From Selaginella moellendorffii (taxonomy: Eukaryota; Plantae; Lycopodiophyta), in NCBI RefSeq assembly GCF_000143415.4, contig NW_003314398.1, positions 130,670 to 194,669 of the forward strand: 64,000 nucleotides of DNA, in the 5' to 3' direction. The notes beneath the pieces are model-generated. The model saw nothing but the letters and a program-made list of their open reading frames with translations. It was not told where the DNA came from and did not search any database. Below are positions 60,040 to 64,000 of this stretch, piece by piece. Numbering within the stretch: position 1 is the first letter of the stretch; every line of letters begins with the position of its first letter. A program made the position numbers and the translations under genes.

Positions 60040-60707
60040 ACAGTTTTTAACGAAATGCCACACAATGATATCATTTCAAATTGGTTACTTGCTGTGCATG
60101 TCCAGGATTTAGATTTTTTAAGCAGTTTCGAGAATCTTGGAAGCTTTTCTGTTTGATGCTGGAGTTCCATCAATGGGCATATTCTTGAAGCTGAGAGCAT
60201 CTGTTTGGGCGTTCATAAGTGTCCATAACATTCAATGCTAGCACAACATTGTTTCCTTGCCCTTGGCATAATCTTTCACGCAATGACCTTTTCCCTTGTA
60301 ACTCATTACTTTCGAGTTTGGCAACAGCCAGACACGAGGGACCTGGTATCTTACAATGCGAGCTATTGGGATATTCTCTACAATGCCAGAAAATGACCAC
60401 TATCTCGTACGCCGCGACCAGAGCATTCTTTCTCCGGCATCTTGTGGAAAATCTCCTCCGCCTTTGTGGCATCATCATGCGAACACCGTATTCCAGGCGA
60501 TGGAGTCCCTCTCGGGCGAGCTCCTCCGCTTTCCACGACACAAGGCACACACGGCTTGCGCGCTGTCGAGATTCCCATGAGGAGCGTAGGCGCGCACCAT
60601 CAGCACCCGCGAACTTTGGGGGCGGCCGTGGCGAGCTCCTGGAATGCGTCGTGGAGCTCCTGACCCTGGAGAGATCGTTGCAGCTCTGGATCAAGCCCAC
60701 GCATTGA
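60040..60707. pseudogene. PPR pseudogene fragments (plus strand about 60040-60370; minus-strand deleted copy of the 57073 gene's 5' end at about 60400-60707)
   Basis: GLIQSCNDLSR start shared with the 54674-57073 gene, with many deletions. Confidence 0.8.
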
Positions 60708-60856
60708 CCTCACGTGCTCTAATCATGACAAAGAATTATATACTATGTCCTTGGGATTTGTAGAATCCTTGATAGAAGTATGTGTTGTCAGGAGAAAAAA
60801 ACATAGAATTTGAAAGAAATCAGAAGAAGAAAGGAAGAACAAAATTGTCATTCTTG

Positions 60857-61009
60857 TCATGGCATCATCTCGGGAGGGGACCTCCTTGGGGGCCTAAAAT
60901 CCTGATCAGATCGGCCAGGCGGTCCGACTCTCTGGCTCTCGGTCGTCTGGATGCCAATTGATAATACAATGAAAATCACAACAAGAGCATATCGCCAAAC
61001 CCATTGCAT
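60857..61009 (-). CDS. Candidate small secreted peptide precursor, 50 aa (copy 3)
   Basis: MQWVWRYALVVIFIVLSIGIQTTES-QRVGPPGRSDQDFRPPRRSPPEMMP, with TATATATA and W-boxes upstream. Confidence 0.55.
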   Translation of the reverse strand: MQWVWRYALVVIFIVLSIGIQTTESQRVGPPGRSDQDFRPPRRSPPEMMP

Positions 61010-61369
61010 CGTCTTCCTGCATTACTTTTTCTTGTATGATCAAAATATATATACAGAAGAGGCACTGAAAGTCTCGCGATCTACAAAGTTGTGTTTCACT
61101 CTGACTTTAATACTTTTAGTCAAAATTTTCGTCTTGATCGAATGAGGTCAAACTGGAGTTCATCCAGCAGCTTCCAGGGCTCCCATTCTCAGCGATGACA
61201 AGAAGAAATCCTCTTCTTCCGCGAGGAAATTTCCCTGGGATGGAGGTACTGCTGATAATCTTGCAAAACATGCGGATGGGCGACTGTCCCTGGCATGGAT
61301 GCGGCAATGGATGAAACTGCAATGCTGCTGTGGAATCTAGTTTCCTGGACTTCAATGCTTGTTTGTCAT

Positions 61370-62680
61370 GCACGAAACAAGAAGTTGGTAGAAGCTTGGA
61401 ATCTTTTCCACTTAATGGATGCCTGAGAGGGACCTCATTTGCTGGAGCTCCATGTTTTCTGCTTATACCATCCATGGGCAAATACTTGAAGCCGAGAGCA
61501 TCTGTTTCCAGATGCCCCTCACGAACTTGGTCTTGCGGACAGCTCTTCTTAGCATAAAACTAACCTGGCTGGACTTCGATGCTCTTGGCATATTCCCAAC
61601 ACGGGCATATTGACTTGGCCATTGGAATCTTTCACGTGATGCCACAATCCAACCTCTTCTCTTGTAACTCGTTCCTGTTGGCAGTTTAGTCTAGTGGTGA
61701 CGTGGTGATGGCGAAACAAGTATTCGACAACATGCCCAAGTGGGACTTGGTATCTTACAATGCCCTTATTGCAGCATATGCTCAAAACGGGCATCTGATA
61801 TTTCCTATTGGGATATTCTCTACCATGCCGTCACTTCTTTTACTTGTGTGCTAGCAGCATACGCGGATGCTGGGGAATCTAGAAGAAGCTGAGCGGATCT
61901 TTACTAGAATACCGGTGGGATGTTGTGGCGTGTGTTGCTATGTTGTCCGCATATGCCAGTTCGTGGCATCTGGAAGATACTAACGCTTGTTTGAGTCGAT
62001 GTTGCGAAGGAATCTGGTTTCACAATTATCACAGCATATGCCCAGTATGGACATATTGAAGAATCTAAGAGCATGTTTGAAAATATGCCGGAGAGGAATC
62101 TGGTGGCATGGAATGCCATGCTTGTAGCATATGCCCAGCTAGGATACGCTGACATGTCACGCCACCTTTTCCAGCAGATCCCTCAACGGGATGTCATATC
62201 TTGGAACTCCCTTCTCTTTGCGCATGCCAGCATAGGGAACGTTCCATGCACTGAAAAGATGTTTGCTCGCCTTCCAGAAGAGAACCTCACGTCTTGGAAT
62301 GCCTGGATATCGGCGCTGTGCCACAACGGCTACATGGCGAAGGCCTTCGATGCGCTAGCAGGCTCCGGCTGTGCCGTCTCCCCGACGGGACGAGCTTCGT
62401 TACAATGCTCGTAGCGTGCAAGCACGAAGGCAAGCTACGTGCCGGGAGATCTTTCTTCGTTTCCATGGGAATGGACTATGGCTTGCAGTTCCAGAGGCAG
62501 CACTACTGCTGTATCGTCGGTCTTCTGGCGAGGGGTGGCTATTTGGAGGACGCGGAGGACCTGATCGCCAACATGCCTTTTGTGCCCGAGCCCAGGGAGT
62601 GGCTATGCCTCCTCGGATCTTGCCGCTCGCACAGAGATGTAGATCGAGGAGCACACCGTCAGCGAAGCGCTATGGATTGA
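61370..62680 (+). pseudogene. PLS-E PPR pseudogene
   Basis: Frameshifted PPR repeats (FENMPERNLVAWNAMLVAYAQLG) and an E region (HYCCIVGLLARGGYLEDAEDLIANMPFVP). Confidence 0.85.
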
Positions 62681-62848
62681 ACTCGTTGGCATCTTCACCC
62701 CACACTTCCTTGTCGTGGAGGATAGAGAGTATCGGCACGAGAACGCCGGTTCCCTCAAGTTTCCCAGCTTCGTGTCCTCCATGGCCGTACGGACCAAGAA
62801 CACGGCCGGTGGATACAGCCGCAGTGTCTCGTTGAGCACCATTCCCAC
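62657..62848 (-). pseudogene. Cytochrome P450 exon fragment (CYP72 clan-like)
   Basis: [15 protein letters not shown] (ExxR) and [19 protein letters not shown] (PERF with a stop), with a frameshift and a preceding splice acceptor. Confidence 0.85.
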
Positions 62849-62959
62849 CTGGAAGGAAACGAGAACAGTGAGAACGAGAGGAGAACTTCCAAACTTCCAG
62901 GCTGTAGAGGAGACTTCCAAACTTCCGGTTTGTGGCGAGCAGCATCATCGCCCAAGTTA

Positions 62960-64000
62960 TGGTTTCATGGTAAAGCCCACGTCACCAGTCAAACAGCGAC
63001 TTGGCGCCCTCCACGTGGCCGCTGTCCACGCTGCCAGCATGGCATTCCATGTCACCAGGTGGCGCTCCGGCATTTTGGCAAACAGGTCCTCGAGGTCGCC
63101 GCCCTGCGACATCGCCGCGATCAGCGCCGTGCAGTCCACGAGGGGCATCGCGCGGAATATCCGCGTCGCGGTCGCGTGGTCCCTGCCGCCGCGATCACTG
63201 TCGCCGACGACACCACGTCCCGCGTGGGCATCCGACGATAGAGATCCGCTGCCGCGTCAATCTGCAACACGCTGCGTTCATCGTGGTCCACGACGTGAGG
63301 TTTTTCTCTGGAATGGATTCGAACACGTGACACGCCTCTGCTAGCACGGTGTTTTTCTGGGGTATGCTATCAAAAAACGCTTTTGCTTGATCTACTACGT
63401 GGCCTTGTGTGTATGCTCTGATCATCGCAGTGAAAGACACAACGTCCCACTCGGGCATATCATCAAACAGTAGCTTCGCTTGATCGAAACCGCCACCCTC
63501 GGCATAAGTAGATATCATGCAGTTACGCAAGATCAAATCCCTCTCGGGCATCTCGTCAAACATCAGCCGAGCGCCACGCAAATTCCCGGACTGGACACGC
63601 GCTTTCGCCTTCGCGGGTGTATGCCGCGAGCAGAGCATTACAGGATGCCAGATCTCTCTCCGGCATCTCGTGGACGACCTCCTCGACCTTCGCGGCATTC
63701 CCCGCGCGGGCAAATGCCGCGATCATTGCGTTCCAGGCGATGGAATCCCTCTCGGGCATTTGCAAGAAGAGCTCCTCCGCATCCTCGATTCGCCCCCTCT
63801 CGGCAAGCGCGCACACCATGGATGTCCACGACACAAGATTCTTGCAGGGCATCGACACAAACACGGCTTGCGCGCCATCGAGATTCCCGTGCCGAGTGTA
63901 GGCGCGCATCATCAGCACCCACAAGAAGGCATCCTTGCAGCGCATGGCGTCGAAGATTGCTCGCGCCTCGCGCCCATACATCTCGAAGATCTTGTTGGGC
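62960..64000 (-). pseudogene. PLS PPR pseudogene; 5' part nearly identical to the 54674-57073 gene
   Basis: About 63617-64000 matches about 56556-56955 with small deletions. Downstream repeats are frameshifted. Confidence 0.85.

Overview
Gene-dense plant nuclear DNA with very short (about 50-70 nt) GT-AG introns, tiny intergenic gaps and PPR genes built from 31-aa repeats. These traits point to the lycophyte Selaginella (inference; S. moellendorffii-like). In order, the window holds: the 5' part of a phospholipase D alpha; an intact tRNA-Val(TAC) in a rearranged 2.3-9.5 kb block with decayed tRNA copies, an orphan protein family and a Ku80 remnant; a GT34 xyloglucan xylosyltransferase; an ALE2-like receptor kinase; three adjacent copies of one Ty3/gypsy LTR retrotransposon (one nearly intact); three NPF/PTR transporters interleaved with an IQM gene and a uORF-bearing unknown gene; FIGL1; CCDC25; a C2-domain protein; a TOM2A-like tetraspanin; a Na+/H+ exchanger; an unknown membrane protein; a P-class PPR; nuclear-encoded mitochondrial rps14; a TMEM8-like gene; a DUF538 gene; a PLS-E PPR; and a terminal mosaic of PPR and P450 fragments. 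The most notable signals are a -1 frameshift heptamer plus H-type pseudoknot between gag and pol, a candidate 50-aa secreted-peptide family with W-box promoters co-duplicated with PPR genes, a probable conserved-peptide uORF, a U12-type intron, and operon-like TMEM8-rps14-PPR packing. All gene models and family calls were made by eye, without database searches.
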